Assembly: GCA_964016885.1 (NCBI GenBank)
Contig: OZ024741.1
Span: forward strand, 174,096,001 to 174,160,000
Direction of reading: 5' to 3'
DNA from: Eledone cirrhosa
Taxonomy: Eukaryota
DNA: 64,000 nucleotides
The position numbers and the translations under genes are program-made. This document shows, piece by piece, positions 1-11,921 of the stretch. The notes under the pieces were generated by a model. That model was not told the DNA's origin. It was given only the letters and a program-made list of their open reading frames with translations, and ran no database searches. Each line of letters opens with the position of its first letter. The stretch's first letter is position 1.

Positions 1-3000
1 ATCATTATCATAGTCATCATTATCATAGTCATCATTATCATCATCATCATTATCATCGTCATCATTATCATAGTCATCATTATCATAGTCATCATTATCA
101 TAGTCATCATTATCATCGTCATCATTATCATAGTCATCATTATCATAGTCATCATTATCATAGTCATCATTATCATAGTCATCATCATCATAGTCATCAT
201 CATCATAGTCATCATTATCATAGTCATCATTATCATAGTCATCATTATCATAGTCATCATCATCATAGTCATCATTATCATAGTCATCATTATCATAGTC
301 ATCATTATCATAGTCATCATTATCATAGTCATCATCATCATAGTCATCATTATCATAGTCATCATTATCATAGTCATCATTATCATAGTCATCATTATCA
401 TCATCATCATAGTCATCATTATTATTATCATCATTATCAAAGTCATCATTATCATAGTCATCATTATCATAGTCATCATTATCATAGTCATCATTATCAT
501 AGTCATCATTATCATCGTCATCATTATCATAGTCATCATTATCATAGTCATCATTATCATAGTTGTCATTATCATCGTCATCAATATCATAGTCGTCATT
601 ATCATAGTCATCATTATCATAGTCATCATTATCATCATCATCATTATCATCGTCATCATTATCATAGTCATCATTACCATCATCATCATCATCATCATTA
701 TCATAGTCATCATTATGGTAGTCATCATTATCATCGTCATCATTATCATAGTCATCATCATCATAGTCATCATTATCATAGTCATCATTATCATAGTCAT
801 CATTATCATAGTCATCATTATCATAGTCATCATTATCATAGTCATCATTATCATAGTCATCATTAGTATAGTCATCAATATCATAGTCATCATTATGGTA
901 GTCATCATTATCATAGTCATCATTATCATAGTCATCATTATCATCATCATCATTATCATCGTCATCATTATCATAGTCATCATTATCATAGTCATCATTA
1001 GTATAGTCATCAATATCATAGTCATCATTATGGTAGTCATCATTATCATAGTCATCATTATCATAGTCATCATTATCATCATCATCATTATCATAGTCAT
1101 CATTATCATAGTCGTCATTATCATAGTCATCATTATCATAGTCATCATTATCATAGTCGTCATTATCATAGTCATCATTATCATAGTCATCATTATCATA
1201 GTCATCATTATCATAGTTATCATTATCATAGTCATCATTATCATAGTCATCATTATCATAGTCATCGTTATCATCATCATCATCATGGTCATCATTATCA
1301 TCATCATCATTATCATAGTCATCATTATCATAGTCATCATTAGTATAGTCATCAATATCATAGTCATCATTATGGTAGTCATCATTATCATAGTCATCAT
1401 TATCATAGTCATCATTATCATAGTCATCATTATCATCGTCATCATTATCATAGTTATCATTATCATAGTCATCATTATCATAGTCATCATTATCATAGTC
1501 ATTGTTATCATAGTCATCATTATCATAGTCATCATTATCATAGTCATCATTATCATAGTCATCATTATCATAGTCATCATTATCATAGTCATCATTATCA
1601 TAGTCATCATTATCATAGTCATCATCATCATAGTCATCATTATCATAGTCATCATTATCATAGTCATCATTATCATAGTCATCATTATCATCATCATCAT
1701 AGTCATCATTATTATTATCATCATTATCAAAGTCATCATTATCATAGTCATCATTATCATAGTCATCATTATCATAGTCATCATTATCATAGTCATCATT
1801 ATCATCGTCATCATTATCATAGTCATCATTATCATAGTCATCATTATCATAGTTGTCATTATCATCGTCATCAATATCATAGTCGTCATTATCATAGTCA
1901 TCATTATCATAGTCATCATTATCATCATCATCATTATCATCGTCATCATTATCATAGTCATCATTACCATCATCATCATCATCATCATTATCATAGTCAT
2001 CATTATGGTAGTCATCATTATCATCGTCATCATTATCATAGTCATCATCATCATAGTCATCATTATCATAGTCATCATTATCATAGTCGTCATTATCATA
2101 GTCATCATTATCATAGTCATCATTATCATAGTCATCATTATCATAGTCATCATTAGTATAGTCATCAATATCATAGTCATCATTATGGTAGTCATCATTA
2201 TCATAGTCATCATTATCATAGTCATCATTATCATCATCATCATTATCATCGTCATCATTATCATAGTCATCATTATCATAGTCATCATTAGTATAGTCAT
2301 CAATATCATAGTCATCATTATGGTAGTCATCATTATCATAGTCATCATTATCATAGTCATCATTATCATCATCATCATTATCATAGTCATCATTATCATA
2401 GTCGTCATTATCATAGTCATCATTATCATAGTCATCATTATCATAGTCGTCATTATCATAGTCATCATTATCATAGTCATCATTATCATAGTCATCATTA
2501 TCATAGTTATCATTATCATAGTCATCATTATCATAGTCATCATTATCATAGTCATCGTTATCATCATCATCATCATGGTCATCATTATCATCATCATCAT
2601 TATCATAGTCATCATTATCATAGTCATCATTAGTATAGTCATCAATATCATAGTCATCATTATGGTAGTCATCATTATCATAGTCATCATTATCATAGTC
2701 ATCATTATCATAGTCATCATTATCATCGTCATCATTATCATAGTTATCATTATCATAGTCATCATTATCATAGTCATCATTATCATAGTCATTGTTATCA
2801 TAGTCATCATTATCATAGTCATCATTATCATAGTCATCATTATCATAGTCATCATTATCATAGTCATCATTATCATAGTCATCATTATCATAGTCATCAT
2901 TATCATCATCATCATTATCATAGTCATCATTATGATAGTTATCATTATCATAGTCATCATTATCATAGTCATCATTATCATAGTCATCATTATCATCATC

Positions 3001-3552
3001 ATCATTATCATAGTCATCATTATCATAGTCATCATTATCATCATCATCATTATCATAGTCATCATTATGATAGTTATCATTATCATAGTCATCATTATGA
3101 TAGTCATCGTTATCATAGTCATCATTATCATAGTCATCATTATCATAGTCATCATTATCATAGTCATCATCATAGTCATCATTATCATAGTCATCATTAT
3201 CATAGTCGTCATTATCATAGTCATCATTATCATAGTCATCATTATCATAGTCATCATTATCATAGTCATCATTATCATAGTCATCATTATCATAGTTATC
3301 ATTATCATAGTCATCATTATCATAGTCATCATTATCATAGTCATCGTTATCATCATCATCATGGTCATCATTATCATCATCATCATTATCATAGTCATCA
3401 TTATCATAGTCATCATTAGTATAGTCATCAATATCATAGTCATCATTATGGTAGTCATCATTATCATAGTCATCATTATCATAGTCATCATTATCATAGT
3501 CATCATTATCATAGTCATCATTATCATAGTCATCATTATCATAGTCATCATT
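1..3552. repeat. 15-bp (ATC)n-derived minisatellite, unit ATCATTATCATAGTC, with a 1290-bp higher-order repeat
   Basis: Continuous tandem array. Rare variants recur 1290 bp apart: ATTATTATCATCATTATCAAAG at 421/1711, TCATTACCAT at 671/1961, CATTATGGTA at 711/2001, ATTGTTATCA at 1501/2791. The array runs off the left edge. Confidence 0.97.
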
Positions 3553-3794
3553 AACAATTGGTGTTGATATAATCGGCTTTCCCCTTCCCACAAATTGCTG
3601 ATTTTGTGCCTATGTTAAAAATAATTTATATCACACAATTTTGTTTAGAATAGCCACACTGTATCCCTATGGGTTGTAAGAGGTGACTAAAAAGGTTGGC
3701 ATCAGAAAGGGCATCCACCTATAAACCACTGCCTCTAAACATTCTGTTCAACCCATCTCTGCATGAAAAAGCAGATGTAAAAATGATGATAATG

Positions 3795-4145
3795 ATCATC
3801 CAGTGGCCTCAACTGAAATCCACTCAACAATTGATCTCCTGGTGGGTCTGTTGTTCATTGCCGTTGCCAAGTCCTGGATTTCAATACCAGAGTCTCTGGA
3901 GATGACATCGGGATAGGAGAGCTTGCACTCCGTTTTATTTTGTGACTGCTTGTGTTTTCCAAAGCACTAGTGGGGACCCAGCCTCAGAGGTGGCACAATG
4001 GCAGTGGTCAACAAATCTTACTCTCCTTTTACGTACAACAACAGCTATCCATGGGAGGCCAGCATATATTTCTTTCAAAGTCAGATCTCGCCAGCTTATG
4101 TTCTGAATGTGTCAAAGTAGGTGAGTGTAGGTGCCATCAAGTCGC
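3795..4145 (-). mobile_element. 3' fragment of an RTE-like LINE, same family as 16036-16283
   Basis: 3795-4035 is the reverse complement of 16036-16270 (ACGTAAAAGGAGAGTAAGATTTG...CTCTCCTATCCCGATGTCATCTCCAGAGA...GGATCAATTGTTGAGT). Confidence 0.75.
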
Positions 4146-4714
4146 TTTTGTTGATAATGATAATTGTGATTATAATGGTAATGCTGTTGATGATGATGAA
4201 GGTGAGGATCTACATCAGGTTTCAGCCTATATCACCATCATTCTCAGAGTTTTATAATGAGGGTTTCTGTTATGTTGAATATTTATATTTTTGTACAGAC
4301 AATGATAACTTCCTTTAGTTAATAATAACTTAAGTGTTTTATTTTCTAGATGTCTTTATTAAAAACTCATATCACATATAAACTCTCTGAGATCATTTTT
4401 AAAGATTCTAACTGTATAAGAGGAATATTTTTATGTGTGAATTATTTTATGTTCTTAAACATTCTTAAATCTGAATCTTCTTCACCTAATAATTTAACAT
4501 TATAAAAGCAAGCACTCTGATAAGTTAGTTAGTATATTATTCTATTATTGATTTCGGTCAGTAGACTGTAGTTATGCTATGGCACTGATTTGAAGGGCCT
4601 TTGTCAACCATATTCACACCAGTACTTATTATTCCTTCTGGTCTAGTACTTATTTTACCAATCTCTTTTTTATGGAATTGGGACATAATCAAGTTTTAGG
4701 GTAACAAACATAAA

Positions 4715-4764
<50 letters not shown>

Positions 4765-6228
4765 TACACACACAATGTGCTCTCACACAGTTCCTGACCA
4801 TGAAACTTTACTCACAAGCAATGTTTCCACTAAGTTGTGTGGATATGCAGTTGCACAGTCAGTGTATTGGTGTCACACACATCAACATGTTGTCACACAC
4901 AACAAAATGTTGTCACACAGTCCCTGTCTTGGTGTCACATGCATCAAAATGCCGTCACACATTCAGTGCCATACAAATCATTACCAAGATAGTAACTTAA
5001 TAAATAGTTCTTATATAAAATTATGTTGGAAGGTTTTAATTTAAGTAGGAACTGTTTAAAATGGGTGATTTTCTTTCGTTGAAACAGAACCAGATTGGAC
5101 TGGATTAACATTAACAGAGTTAAGGGCATTTTTCCTGCTGAAGCAGGGATTAGCCTTATGAGCTTCATGACAGGCTTCTTACTCATTAAGGGTTTTTCTA
5201 TTGAGGAAATGTTTTATGGCTGGATACTTTTTCTAACATCAACTCTTTTAGTCACCTCTTATAACATGCTAAGATACAGTGTACCTATTCTAAAATGTAA
5301 TTGGCAGAGTCATTAGAATGTTGGATAAAATACATTGCAAGTATTCAGTCTGGCCCTCTACATTCTCTGAGTTCAAATTCCAGCTTTGATTTTCAGTCTC
5401 TTGAGTTTGATAAAAAACGCACTGGTCAAGTACTGGAGTTGATTCTTTCTCTGCATCACTTTTTAATTTCCTCTCTCTCACTTTTTATTTCTCACTCCCC
5501 TTCTCTGGAAGAAATCAGTCATGTTCAAACTTGGTGGGTGATGGGCTTTGCTATGTTCAAGATATGCTGTATGTTAAGATGGCACCCCTACCACTTTATG
5601 TATTATGGGTCCATATGTAAGGTGGTCATGCTGGTGACATGAAAAAAAGCATCCAGTCCACACTATAAGGTGGTCGTATTAGTGTCATGACAAAAAATAC
5701 CTAGTTCCCCTGTAAGGTGGTCATTTTGGTGTCCCGATAAAAAGCATCCAGTCCACACTGTAGCATGATTGGCATTAGTAAAGGCATCTAGCCATAGAAA
5801 CCAAGCCAAAATTCAGATCCATATGAACAAGATATGGTCTCCAGACCAGATTTTTCTCATAAAGTGATAACCCGTCTAACCCATGCAAGCATGGAAAATG
5901 TATGTTACATGATGATGACGATGTACATTCTAAACTGGATTCACCCAATGACTAGGGAACCAATAATTCCTCCAAGAGCCAACTAAGCTTCCCCAAATCA
6001 AAGTAAGCAATGCTGTACCATTAAACACTACAGTATTGATTAAATATTCTGTTCTTCCTACTTTACTGTTATATATCTTATTATTCTTGTCAAAAAAGTG
6101 AAGCTAGAAAAAGATATCAGGAATGAAAATCTTTAATCTAAAAAATACATAAGCTGGTAGTCAGAATCATATTCAATATACAATCTAATTCCCATTGTAA
6201 TGACTGATTCTTTGAATAAAATAATTTG

Positions 6229-6289
<61 letters not shown>

Positions 6290-6325
6290 CACATATATAT
6301 ATATGTGTGTGTGTGTGTATATATA

Positions 6326-6868
6326 CAGGGGCTGGACAAAATAATGGAAACACCTAGCATGATAGCATCATAATTTTGAAATATCTATAAAACCATCAAA
6401 AGCTTGTTTAATTTTATTGTTCTCGAGGTAGTCATTAAGCTCTGCAGTAATTTTGGGGGCTGTACTTTTGTGATCCTTTCTAACAATTCACGTAAGAGTC
6501 CGACTGTCCCTATCTGAAAGTTTTGGTTTTCCTCCTGAGTTTTGTTTCGACAAAGGCTGTCATTACTTTCAAGACAGTACTCCTTGATACACCAAACATT
6601 TCGGCTGTTTTCATTACGCTAGCGCCTGCCATATGAGCACCAACAATTTGACCTCTTTGAAAGTCCGATAGATCTGTCATTTTAATGAATTTTAATTACC
6701 TTTTTCTGATGATATCTGAAAAGAAATAGCAATTTTATCAAACGTATTAAGCAACACTAATAATAAATAAAAAAGCATAAAAATAAACAAGCTTTTGACG
6801 GTTTTATAGATATTTCAAAATTATGATGCTATGATACTAGGTGTTTCCATTATTTTGTCCAACCCCTG
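6326..6868 (-). mobile_element. Internally deleted Tc1/mariner DNA transposon
   Basis: About 85-bp TIRs start CAGGGG(C/T)TGGACAAAATAATGGAAACACC and sit in TA context on both sides. The minus strand from ATG at 6680 reads MTDLSDFQRGQIVGAHMAGASVMKTAEMFGVSRSTV..., then RKPKLSDRD...KITAELN, a Tc1-type paired HTH N-terminus. No DDE domain is present. Confidence 0.92.
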
Positions 6869-6991
6869 TATATATATACACCCCACTCTCAAGCGTGAAA
6901 CTAATATTAACATTTGTACTGCCTCTTCATTTCCACATTTTTTTTGTTTTTTGTTTTCTGTTTACTGTCCCAACTTTAAAATATGTATATA

Positions 6992-8001
6992 TAACCCTAC
7001 AAACGTCCCTGACCCGAGTAAACTTCCTGGACGTGACCCTCGACCTCGAAAACGACCTGTACTACCCATACAGGAAACCTAATGACAATCTGCACTACAT
7101 CCACCGCCGATCAAACCATCCTAGGAACATCACAAACAACCTGGTCAAAAACATCTCCCTCTGCATATCCCGTTTGTCAGCTAATGAGCGGATATTCGAT
7201 GAACATGCGCCTTATTACAACCAGGCCCTCAAGCGGAGTGGTTTCCGGGAGGAAATATCCTACTGTCCAGCTCCCATTAGCGGAACCAGCAGGAGACACC
7301 GCCGTTCACGCAATGTAACATGGTTCAATCCTCCCCACAACGCAGAGGTGACAACTCCCATCGGGAAACTATTCTTTAGGCTCATTGAAAAACACTTCCC
7401 ATTACAACACCGCTACCACAACATAATTAACAAAAATACCATCAAACTCTCTTACAGCACTACACCAAACTTCGCACAAAACATCGTCTCCTCTAACAAC
7501 AAAAAACTCAACCCCGATGGCAGAAATAACCTAAATAGCAGTGGAGAACCGACCAGGAGGTGTAACTGCCCGGATAGATCTATTTGCCCACTCGACAATA
7601 GATGCAGAGACCGTAATGTGATCTACCAGTGCAACGTGAGGACGGATACCTCCAACAAAGCCTATATAGGACTTACCGCATGTGACTTCAAGACCCGGCT
7701 ATACCAACATAGACATACCTTCCGAAACCCGGCCCGGCGTCACGCCACTACACTTTCGGGCCACATATGGGACCTCAAGGACAACAACATCACCTATGAT
7801 CTCACTTGGAGATTACTGTCCAGAGCCAATTCTTACACGGGAGGACGCCGTCCGTGCAATTTATGCTCGGAGGAAACTTTACAAATGCTGTTTTCGACGG
7901 ACCAACTCCTAAACAAGAAAGATGAACTGGTTACTGCATGTAAACATAGATTGCGTAGGACTTACCTCACCCTCAAACCCCATAATGACCCGGGGGGGTA
8001 G
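6992..8001 (+). CDS. PLE polyprotein C-terminal fragment (RT thumb + GIY-YIG); no native start codon
   Basis: Part of ORF 6841..8001. The first ~50 aa of that ORF come from the Tc1 TIR and flanking DNA and are not element sequence. Confidence 0.8.
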
Positions 8002-9122
8002 ACTAGGGCTATAACACCCCACTTGCCGATTTTGCAATGGGTAACCCCTGCTTGCCAAGGGAGACGTAAGATCTTCTTTGTATTCTTTTATCGCTTCCTT
8101 TATTTCCTTCCCACCTCTCTCCTTAGTCCTTCTACCCCAGCTCTTCTCCTTTGTCGGCGTCTTTTCTCGCCCACCCGAGGCTGCCCTTTGGCCCCTTGTA
8201 GCCTTAGTACCCCCACCCCCTCCCCTAGTCTATGATAGATTTGGCGGACTCCGCCCTTTATAGCAGTTGGTTTAGACCCCGGATACTTGTCCCCTTTTTC
8301 CGACCGCTCCCACTATTCTCTGTGCCCTCTATATTTCTTAGTGGCACTTATGCCTTATTTTTTCGTTTCAGTATTTCTTTCTTCGCTTTTCTTTTGGGCG
8401 AGGTGGATTCTGAATTTATTTTTCCGTATTCTACCTTTGCTTCGTACGAACTTTCATGTAGCTTGTTTTAGATCTTTTAGAGTTAGCATTAGTATATATT
8501 TTTCTCGGGACTCAGAATTATTATCTCGTACTAGTTCACTCTGCTGCACTGGGTGGTTGCTGGCATTGTGCCCGGGATGGAAACCTTTATTGTTTATTTC
8601 GTGGTAGTCTCTTTAGTATGTTGGCCCCTTTTGTTGACCTGTCACCGTATCATTTACGTACTTATACCTCTTAAAAGGGTCCTTGCCTATTCCGTCCCAC
8701 CTAGTTCTTTTACTTATTTCGTTATTTCTTTATTTCTTTCTTTACTTCTTTCTTTCTTTATTTATTTATTTATTCTAGCCTAACAATAGCTAGAGACCTA
8801 GGTCGTAGAATTTAATTTACTTTACTTTTTTCTTTACACTTATTTGCTTTTCTTCACTCTCAGTATTTTTTCTTTCCTATATATCTCTACCCCCCATTGT
8901 TCTACCTACCGTTCCGACTTCCTCCCCCTCCCCCTCCCCCTCCCCTGTATCTTCTTTGACCTCATGCCCAGCTGTAGCTGGCACTACCAACGCTTGATTG
9001 GGTCTACTCCACCCCCTCCCCTCTTTCTCCTACTGGCAGGTTTAGCCACCATCTCCCCTACTAATTTGCAACCACAGAATTACTACTGATTTTTGACAAT
9101 CACTTTGACCATATATGGAATT

Positions 9123-9216
9123 ACCCCTTGAGAAGATCGGCTATTTAAATACCAGGATAAATTTTCATTTAGTCCAGAATTAGCCGTCGAAACGGCTTGA
9201 GCTCAGCTGTCGGGGT
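9123..9216 (+). ncRNA. Type I hammerhead ribozyme with U3-A8 core variant
   Basis: Stem I ACCCC(9123-9127)/GGGGT(9212-9216). Core TTGAGAA(9128-9134). Stem II GA(T)CGGCTA/TAGCCGTC. GAAA at 9189-9192. Stem III ACGGCT/AGCTGT capped by the palindrome TGAGCTCA. GUC cleavage triplet at C9211. Confidence 0.8.
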
Positions 9217-9367
9217 CTTACTGGTTCCTATTACCCACTCTACTACTTCAAGTATTGAGTACTTTGGTGCGTTATGGTCCACCTGGTTCCTTACCACATT
9301 TCCTTCGTTATATATATATATATATATAAATTACACAATAATCAAAGTTATGTTCAAATCATTTTAT

Positions 9368-9414
9368 TGCTGACAATCGTTTCTTCCACACTTTCGTTTG
9401 GAGTCATCAGAGCA
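9368..9414 (-). ncRNA. Minimal type I hammerhead ribozyme with canonical CUGAUGA core
   Basis: The minus strand reads TGCT CTGATGA CTCCAAACGAAAGTGTGGAA GAAA CGATTG TC AGCA ATAAA. Stem I TGCT/AGCA, stem II TCCA/TGGA, short stem III, GUC site. Confidence 0.78.
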
Positions 9415-10233
9415 CCAGCAATGTTTGTACATATAGTTAACCTCCTATTCAACTGAAAAATCATGTAGATACATGGATATTAATGCTGTCAACAACAGTT
9501 TTGTATTTACAGAGTGGAATGGATGCAACATATATTACAAGAGAATTGTACAATAATTAAAATTAAAAGGCACAGAGTGGAATGCATGCAGCAAATATCA
9601 CAAGGGAATAGTATGATAATTAAAGAGGCATTAAGGAGAAAAGTTACTTGTAAAACGAGGACACCAGTAGTACATATGCAAGCGTGTAGAGAGTGCAAAT
9701 GCGTTGGTTATATATAGGAAGGAGACAAACAATGACACTAGGCATATATAATTACTGTATGGCAAAGGTTTCACATAAAATAACATAGGTTTACAAGCAT
9801 ATCAAGCAGGCAAAGGTGTTTGTGTGTTACATCCACCATAAACTCGTAATTTTAATACACAAACACCTTTGCCTGCTTGATATGCTTGTAAACCTATGTT
9901 ATTTTATGTGATACCTTTGCCATACAGTAATTATATATGCCTAACGCATTTGCACTCTCTACACGCTTGCATATGTACTACTGGTGTCCTCGTTTTACAA
10001 GTAACTTTTCTCCTTAATGCCGCTTTAATTATCATACTATTCCCTTGTGATATTTGCCGCATGCATTCCACTCTGTGCCTTTTAATTTTAATTATTGTAC
10101 AATTCTCTTGTAATATATGTCACATCCATTCCACTCTGTAAATACAAAACTGTTGTTGACAGCATTAATATCCATGTATCTATATGATTGTTCAGTTGAA
10201 TAGGAGGTTAACCATATGTACAAACATTGCTAG

Positions 10234-10280
10234 TACTCCGATGACTCCAAACGAAAGTGTGGAAGAAACAATTGTCAGCA
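10234..10280 (+). ncRNA. Minimal type I hammerhead motif with U4C core (CCGAUGA), partner of 9368-9414
   Basis: TACT CCGATGA CTCCAAACGAAAGTGTGGAA GAAA CAATTG TC AGCA, followed by AATAAA at 10280-10285. Stem III is the palindrome ACAATTGT. Stem I has one mismatch. Confidence 0.65.
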
Positions 10281-10459
10281 ATAAAATGATTTGAACATAA
10301 CTTTGATTATTGTGTAATTTATATTCCTGCTCTGTAAAACATCTGATGTATTTACATTGAGCTATTTTTCTTACTGGTAATAAGGTAGTAATGAGTTACT
10401 GACCTTTCCTGTTTATAATTGTATATAGTGTATACATAACTATAAATAGTATCATCATT

Positions 10460-10618
10460 CATCATCATCATCATCATCATCAGGTTTAGCGTCAGTGTTC
10501 CACGCTTGCATGGGTTTGGACGGGGGTTTTCCCACTTGAGGCAAGAGTGGTTGTCTTGCTCGCATAGGACTGTCTGGCGGGTTTTCTACAGTTGGATGCC
10601 CTTCCTAACACCAACCAT
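10460..10618 (-). mobile_element. RTE LINE 3' terminal fragment (family of 22322-24677)
   Basis: (ATC)n tail followed by GTGTTCCACGCTTGCATGGGTTTGGACGGGGG...GGATGCCCTTCCTAACACCAACC, matching 22322-22473. Confidence 0.8.
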
Positions 10619-10802
10619 ATATATATATATGCACACACATGCACACACACATATAGATATATGTTTATAGGAAAAGATTGAAGACCCCCGATGGCTGAGC
10701 TCCAGCCGTTTCGACAGCTAGATCCAAATGTTTATGTTTATACACACAGAGACATATATACACCCCCCCCCCCCCCCCCGCACACACACACATACACATT
10801 TG

Positions 10803-11125
10803 AAGGCATGATGTAGCTTAGTGGTTATATTCTGCTCATGATCATAAGGTCGGGAGTTTGATTCCCTGACAGCGGGTTAGGTCCATAAACAAGATACTTT
10901 ATTTCACGTTGCTCCAGTCCATTCAGCTGGCAAAAATGTATGGTATGTGTGATTCAAAGGGCCAGCTTTGCCACATTCTGTGTCACACTGTATCTCCCAG
11001 AAGATTCTATTAAAGGTACATGTGTCTGTGGAATGCTCAGCCACTTGCACCTTAATTTCCCGCTTCAGCTGTTCTGCCGATCGTATCAAGTGGAACACTC
11101 AACATAGTAACTGACAGAGTGCCAC
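10803..11125 (+). mobile_element. tRNA-derived SINE, family B (related copies near 18561, 32238, 37528 and 38145; minus-strand copy near 17850-18040)
   Basis: A-box-like TAGCTTAGTGG and B-box-like GAGTTTGATTCC. The central ...CAAGATACTTTATTTCACGTTGCTCCAGTCCATTCAGCTG block is shared with the other copies. Confidence 0.65.
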
Positions 11126-11189
11126 TTTATATACAGATAGATACACATACATATGTGTGTGCATGTATATTTATGTATATACAGATATA

Positions 11190-11685
11190 TCATCATCATC
11201 ATCATCATCATCAACGTTTAACGTCCGTGTTCCACGCTTGCATGGGTTTGGACGGGGGTAGTCCCACTTGAGGCAAGAGTGATTGTCTTGCTCGCATAGG
11301 ACTGTCTGGCAGGTTTTCTACAGTTGGATGCCCTTCCTAACACCAACCACATTTACAGTGTGGGTCTGGGAGGTTTTTACCGTGTTGCCTGCACGGCCAC
11401 ATTACAGCGTGGACTGTGTGTTTTTTTGTCGTGACACCTACACGATCTCATTTGTTTCGGCCTGGATGGTGTGGCACCAACATAACTTTACATAGAACAG
11501 AGTGGTGTTGATGGGGTGGGGGTGGTGGGACGGGGGGGGGGGTATTTTGTTAGAGATGCCTACTGGCTGTAGTAGGTTTTACTATGTATTTAGGTAAGGC
11601 GGGTCTTCTCTGTTACTGAGTACCGCCAAAGGTCTCGGTCCAGTGACATTGTCTTGGAGAGGTGTAAGTGTGTGATGTCGGAGTT
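11190..11685 (-). mobile_element. 5'-truncated RTE LINE (3' UTR plus last ~30 codons), family of 22322-24677
   Basis: Closely similar to 22322-22910 but with one UTR repeat unit instead of two. It has an (ATC)n tail and is flanked by TA repeats. Confidence 0.88.
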
Positions 11686-11843
11686 TATATATTTATATAT
11701 ATATATGTTTATAAATCAGGATGGATTCATCTTGAAACTGGTTAGACCATTACTCAACAGAGTACTCAATACTTGAGGTAGTAGAGTATGGTTATATTAT
11801 TAAGAGTTGGGACCCAACTCTTTATAATATATATATATGTGTG

Positions 11844-11919
<76 letters not shown>

Positions 11920-11921
<2 letters not shown>

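Larger units (their letters stand above)
6992..9310 (+). mobile_element. 5'-truncated Penelope-like retroelement (Naiad-like): RT thumb, GIY-YIG endonuclease and a 1.3-kb 3' UTR/pLTR
   Basis: An open frame to TAG at 8001 has VNFLDVTL, YRKPN..YIH..SNHP, WFNPP, CNC..CPL..C, VIYQC...YIGLT..FKTRLYQH (GIY-YIG), CNLC and LNKKDE..CKH. The UTR is pyrimidine-rich with an HHR at 9123-9216. Both ends abut (TA)n. The Naiad clade call is inferred from motif layout. Confidence 0.88.
9324..10324. mobile_element. About 1-kb non-coding palindromic element with head-to-head HHR motifs (PLE pLTR-like)
   Basis: Arms 9324-9829 and 9853-10324 are reverse complements with scattered mismatches and one ~33-bp indel near 9706-9739. 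The spacer is 23 bp. Each arm has an HHR followed by AATAAA pointing outward. Confidence 0.9.

Noticed and set aside
715-3567. 950-aa V/I-rich ORF
   Set aside because: It is a translation of the 15-bp satellite. The frame stays open only because the units are multiples of 3, and there is no splice or homology support.
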